Part shown: positions 1 through 7,576 of the stretch, one piece after another
How positions within the stretch are numbered: the first letter of the stretch is position 1
Layout of the letters: every line of letters starts with the position of its first letter
Origin: a virus
Taxonomy: Duplodnaviria > Caudoviricetes
Reading direction: 5' to 3' (one strand)
IMG/VR virus record: IMGVR_UViG_3300032329_000263
Location: 1 to 37,835 of that record
DNA: 37,835 nt
Made by a program: the position numbers and the translations under genes
Notes under the pieces: generated by a model
Database searches by the model: none
Told to the model about the DNA's origin: nothing
Seen by the model: only the letters and a program-made list of their open reading frames with translations

Positions 1-123
1 CCGGTCAGGAACTGACGGATCGACTGGGACATGTTGACTTCTTCAAGGCCGAGGATGCCTTCGCCCATCATGCCGTTCTTGAACTGGCGGCTGATGGTGG
101 AGGTCGGGTTGAAGAGACCCTTC
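1..123. repeat. Terminal direct repeat (circular assembly overlap), identical to 37713-37835
   Basis: ccggtcaggaactg...gaagagacccttc occurs at both ends, inside the coat gene, whose frame continues across the join. Confidence 0.95.
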
Positions 124-653
124 ATGCCTTCGACGAGGCCAGCGTTCGCAGCCGGGTTGACCGTCGCATAGCGCGGGGACATCGGAGTGGCGAACTCGTT
201 CAGCTTCTGCTGAGCCTGGAGCAGGACGAGCGAGGTGGACGGGACGGTGCCGGGCGTGCCAACCGAATTGTAGATCGACTGGAACGAGTTGGCGACATCG
301 GCGTCGATGCTGGAGGCGAGCTGCGAGATACGCGGCTTGAGAACACGTTCCGCGAAGTCGTCAAGCTGCATCGTCAGCTCAGCGGACGTGAAGTTCACGC
401 CGATGTGCTTCTGCGAGGAGACGGTCAGGGTCGTGAACTGCTCGTTGTCGTCCTGAACCTGAAGCGCAGCGCCGTCCGTGACCAGAGCGCGGTCGGGGAG
501 GCGGATGCGGAGGGTCGAGCCGATCTTAGCGCCTTCAACGGCGAACGAATCGTCGTACTGGCGGTTGACGTTGCGGGTGATAACCAGGTTGTTCTCAAGG
601 ATTTCGAGAGCCTTCCGGGTGATCATGTCGATGGTAAGCAGACTGTTAGCCAT
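1..653 (-). CDS. Major capsid protein, P22 gp5-like, N-terminal part (continues at 37151-37712; about 404 aa joined)
   Basis: Manual translation from ATG 653: MANSLLTIDMITRKALEILENNLVITRNVNRQYDDSFAVEGAKIGSTLRIRLP...; AAGGAA RBS; downstream of scaffold; absent from ORF track because it crosses the window edge. Confidence 0.9.
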   Translation of the reverse strand, partial: MANSLLTIDMITRKALEILENNLVITRNVNRQYDDSFAVEGAKIGSTLRIRLPDRALVTDGAALQVQDDNEQFTTLTVSSQKHIGVNFTSAELTMQLDDFAERVLKPRISQLASSIDADVANSFQSIYNSVGTPGTVPSTSLVLLQAQQKLNEFATPMSPRYATVNPAANAGLVEGMKGLFNPTSTISRQFKNGMMGEGILGLEEVNMSQSIRQFLT

Positions 654-721
654 TTGACATTTCCTTATGTCAGAAGTAGAGTCGAAACGTCCAGTCTGTA
701 ACTACCCACAAAGAGACAACG

Positions 722-1273
722 ATGACCAGCTTTACGATGGACGGTATTGAATACCGTGTGTTTGACCATCTTTACGCAGTTTCTCGCTGCGGAAAAGTGC
801 TTCGACAAATGCAACATTACATTCCGACGCGCCATCCGCAAGGGTATCTTACCCTTGGGCGGGAGCGGCTCATGCACCGCGTAGTGGCTAAATGCTGGTT
901 GCCGGATTTTAACCCGAAAAAGCATGTCCACCACATAAACGGAAACAAAACCGACAACCATGCCGAAAATCTGGAGTGCGTTACGCCAAAAGAACATTTT
1001 GGCGAACGACACGCAGATACAAACGGCAAACACAGCGTGTCGGAAGAGGCCAAAGAAAAATTGCGGCAATACCGACTTGGAACAAAAGACAGCGCAGAAA
1101 CGCGAGCCAAGAAGGCCGCTATTTTGGCTGACGTTCATCCTCGTCGTGAATGTCGCTTTCAAGGCGTTACCTATCCGTCAGTGTCGGCTGCCGCCAGAGC
1201 GGCAGGTGTTCCGGTTGCTACGTTTCGTCTTAGATGCAAATCGAAGAATTTTCCTGATTACAGCCTAGACTAG
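722..1273 (+). CDS. Free-standing HNH homing endonuclease with NUMOD3-like and C-terminal HTH (NUMOD1/IENR1-like) DNA-binding parts
   Basis: HRVVA..W...VHHINGNKTDNHAENLE HNH motif; HSVSEEAKEKLR/DSAETRAK repeats; YPSVSAAARAAGV HTH; lower GC; antisense to flanking genes. Confidence 0.85.
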   Translation: MTSFTMDGIEYRVFDHLYAVSRCGKVLRQMQHYIPTRHPQGYLTLGRERLMHRVVAKCWLPDFNPKKHVHHINGNKTDNHAENLECVTPKEHFGERHADTNGKHSVSEEAKEKLRQYRLGTKDSAETRAKKAAILADVHPRRECRFQGVTYPSVSAAARAAGVPVATFRLRCKSKNFPDYSLD

Positions 1274-2058
1274 CGGTTGCGCTTCGCTTCCTGCTTCTTG
1301 ATCTGACGCATACGCTCAGCTTCAATCCACTCCGACGTGCTCATGGTCTTCACAGAGCGAGGGTCGGTCGTATCGTAAGCGGGCGTTCCAGACGATCTGG
1401 AGCTTGCAATCGGAGCAATCGGCGCGGGAGCATTCGATGTTTTCTTAACCGGAGGGCTTGCGGCCAGCTTGGCCTCAATTCGTCCGATTTCTCGCGCTTG
1501 CAGGATAGGCGGAAGGGCAGAGATGCGACCGGCTTCTTTCGGGTTGGAACCGAGCCAATAGATGACATCGGGGCCATTGTCCGAAGCTTGGATCGTCTGG
1601 GCCATCACGTCCGTGACGGGGAGGTTCGGATTGTACGCGACCTGTTCAAAGTCATCGTAGCGGCCCCGAGCGTCCTCTTCCTTTTCGTGATAGACATCCA
1701 GAAGAGCCGCCTGCTGCTTTGCCGAATCCCGTCTGGCGACCAACTCTTGGGCTTTGCGTTCCGCCAACGCTTCCGCGTAGACTTGGGCATTGTCAAAGTC
1801 GTTGACATCAGGCGGGTTGATCGTGGGTGCCCTGCGGACCTCCAGATCGGCTAGACGTTGGGCCTGCTCTCGTTCCCATTTCCGCTGTTCGCGTGCAAGA
1901 CGCTTTCCGACAATGGCGTCAAGCTCTTCCTGCGAGAAAGACTTGGTCGCTTCCGTCGTGGATTCATCCGGCTGGGTATCAACAGGAGCAGGAGCCGCCG
2001 TGGCTTCAGCAACCGGCGCGGTGTCAACCGCTGATAGTTCTAGAGCTTCATCGCTCAT
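1270..2058 (-). CDS. Capsid scaffolding protein
   Basis: Acidic/Ala-Pro N-terminus, FSQEELDAIVGKRLARE coiled coil, GPDVIYWLGSNPKEA..I motif, basic C-terminus; between portal and coat. Confidence 0.8.
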   Translation of the reverse strand: MSDEALELSAVDTAPVAEATAAPAPVDTQPDESTTEATKSFSQEELDAIVGKRLAREQRKWEREQAQRLADLEVRRAPTINPPDVNDFDNAQVYAEALAERKAQELVARRDSAKQQAALLDVYHEKEEDARGRYDDFEQVAYNPNLPVTDVMAQTIQASDNGPDVIYWLGSNPKEAGRISALPPILQAREIGRIEAKLAASPPVKKTSNAPAPIAPIASSRSSGTPAYDTTDPRSVKTMSTSEWIEAERMRQIKKQEAKRNR

Positions 2059-2113
2059 ACGTTATGTGTCCTTTCGGATACCTGGTGAACCTCACCAGTA
2101 CGGTTATGGCTTG

Positions 2114-2142
2114 ACATTACGACAAGGCGTCGGCGGCGTCAA
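2114..2142 (-). promoter_or_regulatory. Sigma70-type promoter for scaffold/coat
   Basis: Minus strand TTGACG-N17-TAATGT in intergenic DNA upstream of scaffold. Confidence 0.55.
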
Positions 2143-2145
2143 TAA

Positions 2146-2514
2146 TCAGACGACCGGTGGCACTGGTTCCGGCGCGGGCGTCGGGACGTTCCACGGCAGG
2201 GGCGGCGTGACAGGCAAGTCGGGTGCCTGCTGGGCGGCGATAGCCGCGTCGCAGTCAGCCTGAGCCTTGGCAATGCCCTCCGGGCCGAGCGCGTCGGCAA
2301 CCCAGCCGTTGACCTGATCGAGCGTGAGCTGGTCGTAGGCCGTGAAGGGCGATCCGGCAACGTAGGTCGTGTCAACCGAGCCGTAGCTGGCCGAGTTGTA
2401 CGTGCCGTCCGTGGCCGACAGCACCCAAGCAATCTGGAAGACGACGTTCTGTTCGCCCGCGTGCTCCGGGTACGCCGTCATGGAGTTTACGGCCCAAGAG
2501 TAAAGGTTGCTCAT
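2146..2514 (-). CDS. Fibre-associated/chaperone-like protein
   Basis: 122 aa, PFTAYDQLTLDQVNGWV and PPLPW motifs typical of small proteins following phage fibre genes; ATGA overlap. Confidence 0.55.
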   Translation of the reverse strand: MSNLYSWAVNSMTAYPEHAGEQNVVFQIAWVLSATDGTYNSASYGSVDTTYVAGSPFTAYDQLTLDQVNGWVADALGPEGIAKAQADCDAAIAAQQAPDLPVTPPLPWNVPTPAPEPVPPVV

Positions 2515-2675
2515 TCTGTCGGCTCCACGGTCTGGGACGCCTTGGCGGCCTGTTCCAGTTTCTCAAAGAGCACAACGGCGGCCTTGGCCCCCTGAATGCC
2601 GGTAGCCTTGACCGCAGCGTCCAGCAGTGCGCCCAGCGCGTTGGCTTCTTCGTTGGTGAGGTTGAGCGTGATCAT
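2511..2675 (-). CDS. Small hypothetical protein (54 aa)
   Basis: Manual translation MITLNLTNEEANALGALLDAAVKATGIQGAKAAVVLFEKLEQAAKASQTVEPTE; fills gap and overlaps next start (ATGA). Confidence 0.7.
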   Translation of the reverse strand: MITLNLTNEEANALGALLDAAVKATGIQGAKAAVVLFEKLEQAAKASQTVEPTE

Positions 2676-2684
2676 GTGTGTCTC

Positions 2685-3947
2685 TTACCAAGCGGGGATG
2701 TAACGGGTGGTCCCGTTGTCGTCGATGGGTATCCACTTTGTCGGGTTACCGGCAGTGGGAGAATTTGACAGCGTTCCAATCTGCGCGGCAGCGCCGTTAT
2801 CAAACGAAGCGCCGGAAATCTTAATCAACTGGCGGTTGCCGAGGATAGCCTTGTAGATAGAACCAGTTGTGGTTTCGTAGACGCGAAACTCTTGCGCGTT
2901 GCCGCCGTTGCGCTGGGCGAGGGTGTTGGCGGCGTCGCGGAAAAGGGCAAGATCAGCAGAAGACCCGTCCGGTGCGCCGCCCGTCCACCGCAATGACGCG
3001 CTACTGCCGATAATCAGGCCAGAAAAACCATCAACACTGTTTCGGCCTAACAACACGCCTGATGAACTTCCAGTACCGTAAACTATGCCTTGGTTAAGGT
3101 AGCAGTACTTATTTTGATTTACTGAAAATACCTCAACCAACGTATTCTGAATGCCTGCGCCGCCGCCCGTATTAGCAGCTGCTGTTTGGAAGATGATGCT
3201 GCCACCAACGCCCGAACCAGTGCCCTGCGAGCCGTTGATCGTAAAGGTCGCGCCAGCGGTGTTGCTCGTCCCCGCCACAACAGACTGAACGGAAAGCGTC
3301 TGAGCTACGGGCAAGGCTGCGTCTGCGGTTCCAAGCTGGAGGTTGGCGTCTGCACGGCGGCGGAGTGTAAGGTTAGGAGTTAGATTACTATCTGTATTGC
3401 ACCATTGCAGAAGGCAGCTATTTTGAACTCCAAGTTTTGATTGCTGTGACTGAAGTATAGTTCCTGCGCCATTATCTAGCCAGACTATCAATCCATTACC
3501 GGGAGCCTGTGGCTGTGAAATGTAGTTTTTTCCGTTTGACCCGTTAAATGTTATGCCGTTTGGGGCCGTTGATGGGTTTGCCGCAACAGATGTTGTGGAC
3601 GAAGTGCCGATAATAGTGCCGTTTTTATCAATGCTGACTTTGCTGCTTCCGCCAACCTGAAGGTCCATCAGCAACGACCCCGCAGCCGACGCGGTGCTGG
3701 TCGCATTGTATTTGATGCCTGTGAACGTAACCGCACCATTGTTCCACGTCTGGGCCAAGTCCAGCACGGGCGCGCTCGCCGTCAGCGTGTCGCCCGTCAG
3801 CGACGTGGACCCTAGCAGCGTCGTGGCGACAGTCTGCGTCGAGTAGACGGACGGGTTGGTAGACGCCTGACTGTCCGCGCCAAAAAGAAACCCCGTCGTC
3901 GGCAACGACGTGTCGGGCGTGAGGGTCTTAAGGTTGATGTCAGCCAT
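2685..3947 (-). CDS. Virion fibre/spike-like protein
   Basis: 420 aa rich in G/S/T/N, beta-strand-like repeats, C-terminal RYIPAW; followed by chaperone-like small genes. Confidence 0.6.
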   Translation of the reverse strand: MADINLKTLTPDTSLPTTGFLFGADSQASTNPSVYSTQTVATTLLGSTSLTGDTLTASAPVLDLAQTWNNGAVTFTGIKYNATSTASAAGSLLMDLQVGGSSKVSIDKNGTIIGTSSTTSVAANPSTAPNGITFNGSNGKNYISQPQAPGNGLIVWLDNGAGTILQSQQSKLGVQNSCLLQWCNTDSNLTPNLTLRRRADANLQLGTADAALPVAQTLSVQSVVAGTSNTAGATFTINGSQGTGSGVGGSIIFQTAAANTGGGAGIQNTLVEVFSVNQNKYCYLNQGIVYGTGSSSGVLLGRNSVDGFSGLIIGSSASLRWTGGAPDGSSADLALFRDAANTLAQRNGGNAQEFRVYETTTGSIYKAILGNRQLIKISGASFDNGAAAQIGTLSNSPTAGNPTKWIPIDDNGTTRYIPAW

Positions 3948-3950
3948 GTG

Positions 3951-4118
3951 TTAACCCCAAGTCAAAAAGTTGCCGTCGCCCCAGACCAGATAATTGCCCG
4001 CGCCCCAGACGAGACCGTTGCCCGTGGGGCCGCCACCAAAAGCGTTCCTCGTTGCCAGCGACGTAGACGCCAGCAGACCAAGCCCAAGGCCGTTTCGGAC
4101 GGGGATGCCAAAGCTCAT
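3951..4118 (-). CDS. Small virion-associated protein (55 aa)
   Basis: Likely start MSFGIPVRNGLGLGL at ATGA overlap with upstream gene; LVWGxGN repeats. Confidence 0.6.
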   Translation of the reverse strand: MSFGIPVRNGLGLGLLASTSLATRNAFGGGPTGNGLVWGAGNYLVWGDGNFLTWG

Positions 4119-4420
4119 CGGATGTTGATCGGCTTCGCGTACAGCGTGCCGCCCGTGCTGACCTGTATGGCGCTGACGCGCCAAGGTGCGCCTGTGCCGT
4201 TAGGCACGACGAAAGGAACCGGCGTGTTGGCCGGGAGCGGTGTGCCGTTGGCGGTCGTGGCGGTCACGCCCTCGCCAACCAAGATGTAGCACGCCTGATC
4301 GGACCAGACGACAACACCCTGCGGGCCAGCGGGCCAAGTACCAGTCGAGCCAGCGGTGCCGGTGAAGGACACCGTGCGCGCTACAAACTGGTCGCCAATA
4401 AGCGGGTTCAAAAGTTCCAT
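4115..4420 (-). CDS. Hypothetical structural protein
   Basis: 101 aa beta-rich ORF tightly packed in late operon. Confidence 0.6.
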   Translation of the reverse strand: MELLNPLIGDQFVARTVSFTGTAGSTGTWPAGPQGVVVWSDQACYILVGEGVTATTANGTPLPANTPVPFVVPNGTGAPWRVSAIQVSTGGTLYAKPINIR

Positions 4421-4429
4421 GTCAGAGCC

Positions 4430-4792
4430 TCACGCCAAGAAGCGAAGTTTGTAAAGGGTCGTCAGGTACAGACCGACGATCTCGTCGATGATGTTCTGAA
4501 TGGCCGTCTCGTCCTTGTCGCAGACCTTATACCGAGCTTCTTCAATCTCGGCTAAGCTTTCCGTCAAAAACTCGACAATATTAGTGGTCTTTTTGGCCGA
4601 ATGCAACGTGATCGGGCCGACCAGACCGTGCCGGCCCTGATACGCTTCCGCAAAAGAATCGGCCAAGCCGACAATCTCGTCGTAGAAGGTGTTCAAAGCC
4701 ATATGTTTGGCAAAGCTACGCGTGTTCAAGTGGACGGAATGGGCCACATCCCGCGCCAGAAACATGCAACCGATGAAGTCTGCGGGTTTCAT
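4430..4792 (-). CDS. Ferritin/Dps-like four-helix protein (DUF5856-like)
   Basis: HSVHLNTRSFAKHMALNTFYDEIVGLADSFAEAYQG resembles the Dps ferroxidase-site pattern; ATGA overlap with portal stop. Confidence 0.6.
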   Translation of the reverse strand: MKPADFIGCMFLARDVAHSVHLNTRSFAKHMALNTFYDEIVGLADSFAEAYQGRHGLVGPITLHSAKKTTNIVEFLTESLAEIEEARYKVCDKDETAIQNIIDEIVGLYLTTLYKLRFLA

Positions 4793-6999
4793 TGGCCTTG
4801 TCCCATCATTTCAGGCTGCGGAGGCTGTTCCATAGGCATTTCGCCCGTCTGCGGAGGCATTGCAGGCGCGTCACCAAACTCGTTCTGCTCAAGCTGCCCA
4901 CGATTGGGCATTCCGCTGACCAAATCGCCTGTGTCAATCGCTGCGTGAATGGTACCCATAACAATGTCATGAATTTGCTCTTCAGACATTGAAGCTTGCA
5001 CCGCAGAAATTCTCTTAGTTTCAGCATCGTACGCCTTCACTTCCGAGTCAAACCGCTTAATGTCAAGCTGTTGGGCTTCCATTGACTGCTGCACACGCTG
5101 CAACATGCCTTCCATCTGCTGCATGTGCTGCGTCATGGCCTCAATCTGCTGTTTGGCCATCTGCATTTCCGGCGACTGGTCTTCGCCGTCCATGACCTTC
5201 GGATCAATGATCTTGGCAAACCGCTTGGCCATCTCCTGCGCACCAGGCCAGTCCATGTTCTTGATGAACAGGTCGCCCGCGACCTTCCAGAGGTCCGGGT
5301 TCGACTGGAGCAGCATCGACATGGCGTCCAGCGCCTCTTGGCGCTTGGTCATGTAACCTGGGCCAGTTGTGACGCACACGTCGTAGACGCCAACGGACGG
5401 ATTGTAGACCTTTTCGATCACAACGCCCATCTGGTCAACGATCTGCTTGACAGCTTCGGGCTGTTGCGGGTTGACCTTCACCATGCCGACCTCGCCGTCG
5501 AGGCCGACGATGCGCGCAATCCGCTCCGTGTCGTAAATCTTGGGGATCATGTCCACAAGCTGCCGCGTCACGTACCGAATGGCGCGCGACAGGTTGTCTA
5601 CGTAGTGATACGTACCCGTATCGCCTTGTTTTTCACGAGCCAGAATGGCTTTGCCAGACCGTTCGTTGCTGGCCGCGCCAAGTGAACTGTCGTACTGACC
5701 TGTGGTGGCCTTGATGTCGTCAGAAGCCCCCATTTTTGCCTGTATGAGGCCAGTCTGTGCGAGCGGGGGCGCTGCGCGCTGCGGAAGCGGAAGAGCCGAC
5801 CCAGCGCCGTCAGTGACATCCGGGTTGACCTCCAAATAGGGCCAATTTGTCGTGTTGGCCGTCTTCCATTGGTTTTCGTAGCCTTCGAATTGGCCGCCGT
5901 AACCAATGAAGGGTGCCTTGGGTGCCAGCGCCAGCATTTCGGCTTCCTGGCTGACCCAATAGTTGTACATGCGCTGCGCGTCCTTGGCGTTGCGCACCAG
6001 ACCGGACACGTAGAGCTGCCCGTCCACTTCCCATTCGTTGCCAACGACGCGGATGACGGGAATCCACTTTCCCGCCCAGTCCTGCTCTTGCAGCACTTCA
6101 AAACCGTTGGTCTTGAGCCACTTCACCTTGCGCTGGTCCACGTTGCGCGTGCGCAGCGGCTTCTGGAACATCAGCTTGAGCTGCTTGTCCTGCGGCGAGC
6201 CGTCAATGGCCGTCGAATTGCCCGGATACAGGTTCAACTTGGCCGATTTGTGCTCGTAATAGAAGTATTCCGCAATGCGGACCGTGTCCTCGCTCAGCCA
6301 CTGCGCAAGCGACTGGTCGCCCACGCCCTGCGTCATCATGGAGCTGACCGGCGAGGCGTTCGGGAACATCCGCTCGTACTCGTCTTTGGACACGTCTTCC
6401 GTCAGGAAGCACCACTCGGCGTCAGACCCGCACGGGTCTTGAATGGTGGGGTCCATGTAGACCGAGAACGAGTTGCGGACGCGGCCAATCTTCAGATCCT
6501 GATCGAAGCTGTCGTCGCGGCAGTATTCCGTCAGAATGCGGATGTAGCCCTCGCCGTAGGTGACCTGGTTGTCGCAGGCCGTGTCGTACGCCACGTCGGC
6601 GTCCGAAATGTACTCAATGTGCCGCACCATGCCGTCGAAAATCTCAGCGACCTCCACGTCGGCCTTGTCGTCCGCCGGGATGACCTTGCCGGTCGGGCGA
6701 TTCTGGCGCTGCTCGTTCGTTACCTGACGGACGTGCTGCGGCAGCTTGTTGATCGTCAGGCACGGCCGTGCGTTGATCGTCTGGCCCTGCACCGAGCCAC
6801 GGGTGGCCAGCACGTCGGCGGGCCACTGCCACTGGTTGTCGGGCGATCCGGCCATAAAGCGCAGATCGTCCAGCTCGTCCTCGCGGCTGTCCGAATACGC
6901 GGAAATAGCCATAGTGAACCGCGAACGCATCGTCGCCAGACGGTCGTGGTCGTCAGCTTCGGAGACCTTACCGGCGGCTTTTACGTCGTTCGCAGCCAT
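4789..6999 (-). CDS. Portal protein, P22-like
   Basis: 736 aa; DDLRF..G.QW, RPCLTINKL, GLVRNAKDAQRMYNYW, SGKAILAR, YDV..TTGPGYMTKRQEA motifs; Q/M-rich C-terminal barrel. Confidence 0.9.
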   Translation of the reverse strand: MAANDVKAAGKVSEADDHDRLATMRSRFTMAISAYSDSREDELDDLRFMAGSPDNQWQWPADVLATRGSVQGQTINARPCLTINKLPQHVRQVTNEQRQNRPTGKVIPADDKADVEVAEIFDGMVRHIEYISDADVAYDTACDNQVTYGEGYIRILTEYCRDDSFDQDLKIGRVRNSFSVYMDPTIQDPCGSDAEWCFLTEDVSKDEYERMFPNASPVSSMMTQGVGDQSLAQWLSEDTVRIAEYFYYEHKSAKLNLYPGNSTAIDGSPQDKQLKLMFQKPLRTRNVDQRKVKWLKTNGFEVLQEQDWAGKWIPVIRVVGNEWEVDGQLYVSGLVRNAKDAQRMYNYWVSQEAEMLALAPKAPFIGYGGQFEGYENQWKTANTTNWPYLEVNPDVTDGAGSALPLPQRAAPPLAQTGLIQAKMGASDDIKATTGQYDSSLGAASNERSGKAILAREKQGDTGTYHYVDNLSRAIRYVTRQLVDMIPKIYDTERIARIVGLDGEVGMVKVNPQQPEAVKQIVDQMGVVIEKVYNPSVGVYDVCVTTGPGYMTKRQEALDAMSMLLQSNPDLWKVAGDLFIKNMDWPGAQEMAKRFAKIIDPKVMDGEDQSPEMQMAKQQIEAMTQHMQQMEGMLQRVQQSMEAQQLDIKRFDSEVKAYDAETKRISAVQASMSEEQIHDIVMGTIHAAIDTGDLVSGMPNRGQLEQNEFGDAPAMPPQTGEMPMEQPPQPEMMGQGQ

Positions 7000-7160
7000 T
7001 ATTTGCCCTTTTTGGCCGTAGGCTTTGCTTTCGGGGCTTCTGCCGCGCGCTTGGTTGAGTACGCGATGGCAACCGCCTGTTTCACGGGCTTACCCGCCGC
7101 CACTTCCGCTTTGACGTTGCTGCGGAAGGCACCTTTGGAGGACGACTTGACCAGCGGCAT
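6999..7160 (-). CDS. Small basic protein (53 aa)
   Basis: Manual translation MPLVKSSSKGAFRSNVKAEVAAGKPVKQAVAIAYSTKRAAEAPKAKPTAKKGK; TAATG overlap with portal start. Confidence 0.75.
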   Translation of the reverse strand: MPLVKSSSKGAFRSNVKAEVAAGKPVKQAVAIAYSTKRAAEAPKAKPTAKKGK

Positions 7161-7161
7161 G

Positions 7162-7575
7162 TTACGCAGCGCCGTGGATGATTGCGTAGTTAATAATGAC
7201 CGCTTCCGAGTACGATGTACCCGTCAAGTTGCGCAGCGTGATGACCGCCGAACCGGTGGTCATGCTGGACACATATGCCGAGTACGCCGCTGCCGTCCCG
7301 CCGCCGCTGATGCACACAACGATCACGTCCTTGGCGCTCAGCAGCGAGTTCGTCAGCGTGAACGACACGGCCGTGTTGCCTGATAGCGCCGCGCCGTTCA
7401 TGGTGATGCGGCCCATCGACTTGTTGAGCGTTACGCCCGTGGTCTTGTCGGTGGCCTGCGTGACCGCACCCTGTCCGCCAAGTCCATAGCCAATTTCGCC
7501 GTTGGAATAGACAAAATCCGCGCCGATGATGTCCTGATCCAGAAACGCGACGCCGATTGCTTTTGTGTTAGCCAT
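7162..7575 (-). CDS. Hypothetical structural protein (137 aa)
   Basis: Likely start MANTKAIGVAF just after terL stop; GAVTQATDKTTGVTLN...G.ITM beta-rich domain. Confidence 0.65.
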   Translation of the reverse strand: MANTKAIGVAFLDQDIIGADFVYSNGEIGYGLGGQGAVTQATDKTTGVTLNKSMGRITMNGAALSGNTAVSFTLTNSLLSAKDVIVVCISGGGTAAAYSAYVSSMTTGSAVITLRNLTGTSYSEAVIINYAIIHGAA

Positions 7576-7576
7576 G

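Noticed and set aside
1-123. Biological terminal repeat or attachment site
   Set aside because: Exact duplicate inside the coat ORF; best explained as circular assembly overlap.
722-1273. Group I intron carrying the HNH gene
   Set aside because: Flanking genes are intact, the HNH is antisense and intergenic, and there is no room for a ribozyme core.
2685-3947. Diversity-generating retroelement target
   Set aside because: No reverse transcriptase and no TR/VR repeat pair seen in the genome.
5869-7383. 504-aa plus-strand ORF
   Set aside because: Antisense shadow of the portal gene caused by GC-rich codon bias.
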